Origin: Lytechinus pictus
Lineage: Eukaryota
Direction of reading: 5' to 3'
Length of the DNA: 60,000 nucleotides
Assembly: GCF_037042905.1 (NCBI RefSeq)
Contig: NC_087250.1
Location: forward strand, 16,184,001-16,244,000
The position numbers and the translations under genes were made by a program. Below are positions 58,940 through 60,000 of this stretch, one piece after another. Each line of letters begins with the position of its first letter. Position 1 is the first letter of the stretch. Under the pieces are notes generated by a model. The model saw only the letters and a list, made by a program, of their open reading frames with translations, was not told the DNA's origin and did not search any database.

Positions 58940-59728
58940 TTGTTATAAAAGGCCGTGTAGGTTGCGCTTAAGTTTTAAGGGTAGTAGTAAGGGCCAAATC
59001 AAACAGCCGGGTGAATGGAGTAAAAGCTAGCTAAAAATACATGTAGCTGGACAATTTTTCCTAGTCTTTCAAAGAACAAAGCTACGAAAAAATTACACAC
59101 GTGAGAGAGATTACCAAATGTGCAATTTACCTAAATTTGCCGTAACAGGGTCGCGGATAAAGCATGTTTAGAAGCCTGTTAAATTGCGCATGGCTTTACG
59201 AAGAAAGTATTAAAATACCGGTCCATACACACGTGTACAGGGGTGTCACAGGGGTTCAAATGCTTTTTAAAGTAGTGAAAAAAAATGACAGAGGAAAAAA
59301 GAAGGGGAAAAATAATAAAGACTAAATCCTATCAAGATGTCAGATATGGATTGTGATACTCTATAATAACCCCTATTATTCAATTGAAACAAAAATGTCA
59401 TCCCCTTTTGGTCGTTTTGCCCCCCCCCCCTTAAATAAGAAAAGTCACTGTGCTGTCCTCTTGAATGCGAATAATTTACAAAAGTAAAAAAACCAACTGT
59501 TGAATGGGATATGTGATCTTATATTGGATTCAAATAATCTGTTTAAATATGGATCTCTATCAATTGCTTAATTCAATGGTAGCCTTGTACAGAAAGAAAC
59601 CATTGTAAAATGGTCGGCTGGCTAGCTTACACTCCACTTACCGAGCCGTTTAATTTTGACCATCACGGCTGCCCATTGAGATTTTCCCGACAGTTAAGCG
59701 CAACTTGCACCGCCTTTTGTAATAAGCT
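58940..59728. mobile_element. ~790-bp TIR element just downstream of the stop codon
   Basis: cttgttataaaaggccgtgtaggttgcgcttaa versus ttaagcgcaacttgcaccgccttttgtaataag imperfect IR. Confidence 0.6.
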
Positions 59729-60000
59729 TATAATGAGGTGGAACTTCGTTGTCTTGTAGCAGTAATCGAATTTGTATTATGAACCATCTTTGACAGTCTA
59801 GACATGCCTAGATTATCATGGTGGTAAATGTGATGATCTCATATAGCACGTTGAAGTCGGAAATAATTTTTTTTACAGACTTACGAACTTTATGTATTAA
59901 CATCCAATAAAAATTGATAATTTGTAATGTCTGTTACACCGGGAATATATTTTGGAAGTGGTAAATTGTTTATGAGCCATATTCTGCTTGTAGTGTATTT

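Overview
Eukaryotic, AT-rich, intron- and repeat-rich animal DNA. The repeat families and protein domains suggest an echinoderm, probably a sea urchin (inference). I manually assembled one + strand gene of at least 32 coding exons (8840-58796, 5913 coding nt, about 1970 aa) using GT-AG sites with continuous reading phase; its ATG-bearing first exon was not found. It encodes an apparently secreted mosaic protein: signal peptide - EGF - degenerate SRCR - FA58C - MAM - MAM - Caspr/neurexin-IV-type fibrinogen-like - PAN/apple - MAM(N-part) - SRCR - SRCR - MAM(C-part) - MAM - FA58C - fibrinogen C-terminal (FReD). Two SRCR exons sit inside the third MAM domain. The 20.4-kb intron 14 is about 96% two nested transposon stacks. 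One is a three-level nest: a hAT-type element, inside it a TGT..ACA foldback element, and inside that an intact 9-kb CR1/L2/Crack-group LINE whose ORF1 and ORF2 are separated by a 4-kb, tandem-repeat-filled, intron-like spacer. Many MITEs, tRNA-derived SINEs, a Helentron-like element, a decayed LINE and microsatellites fill the remaining space.
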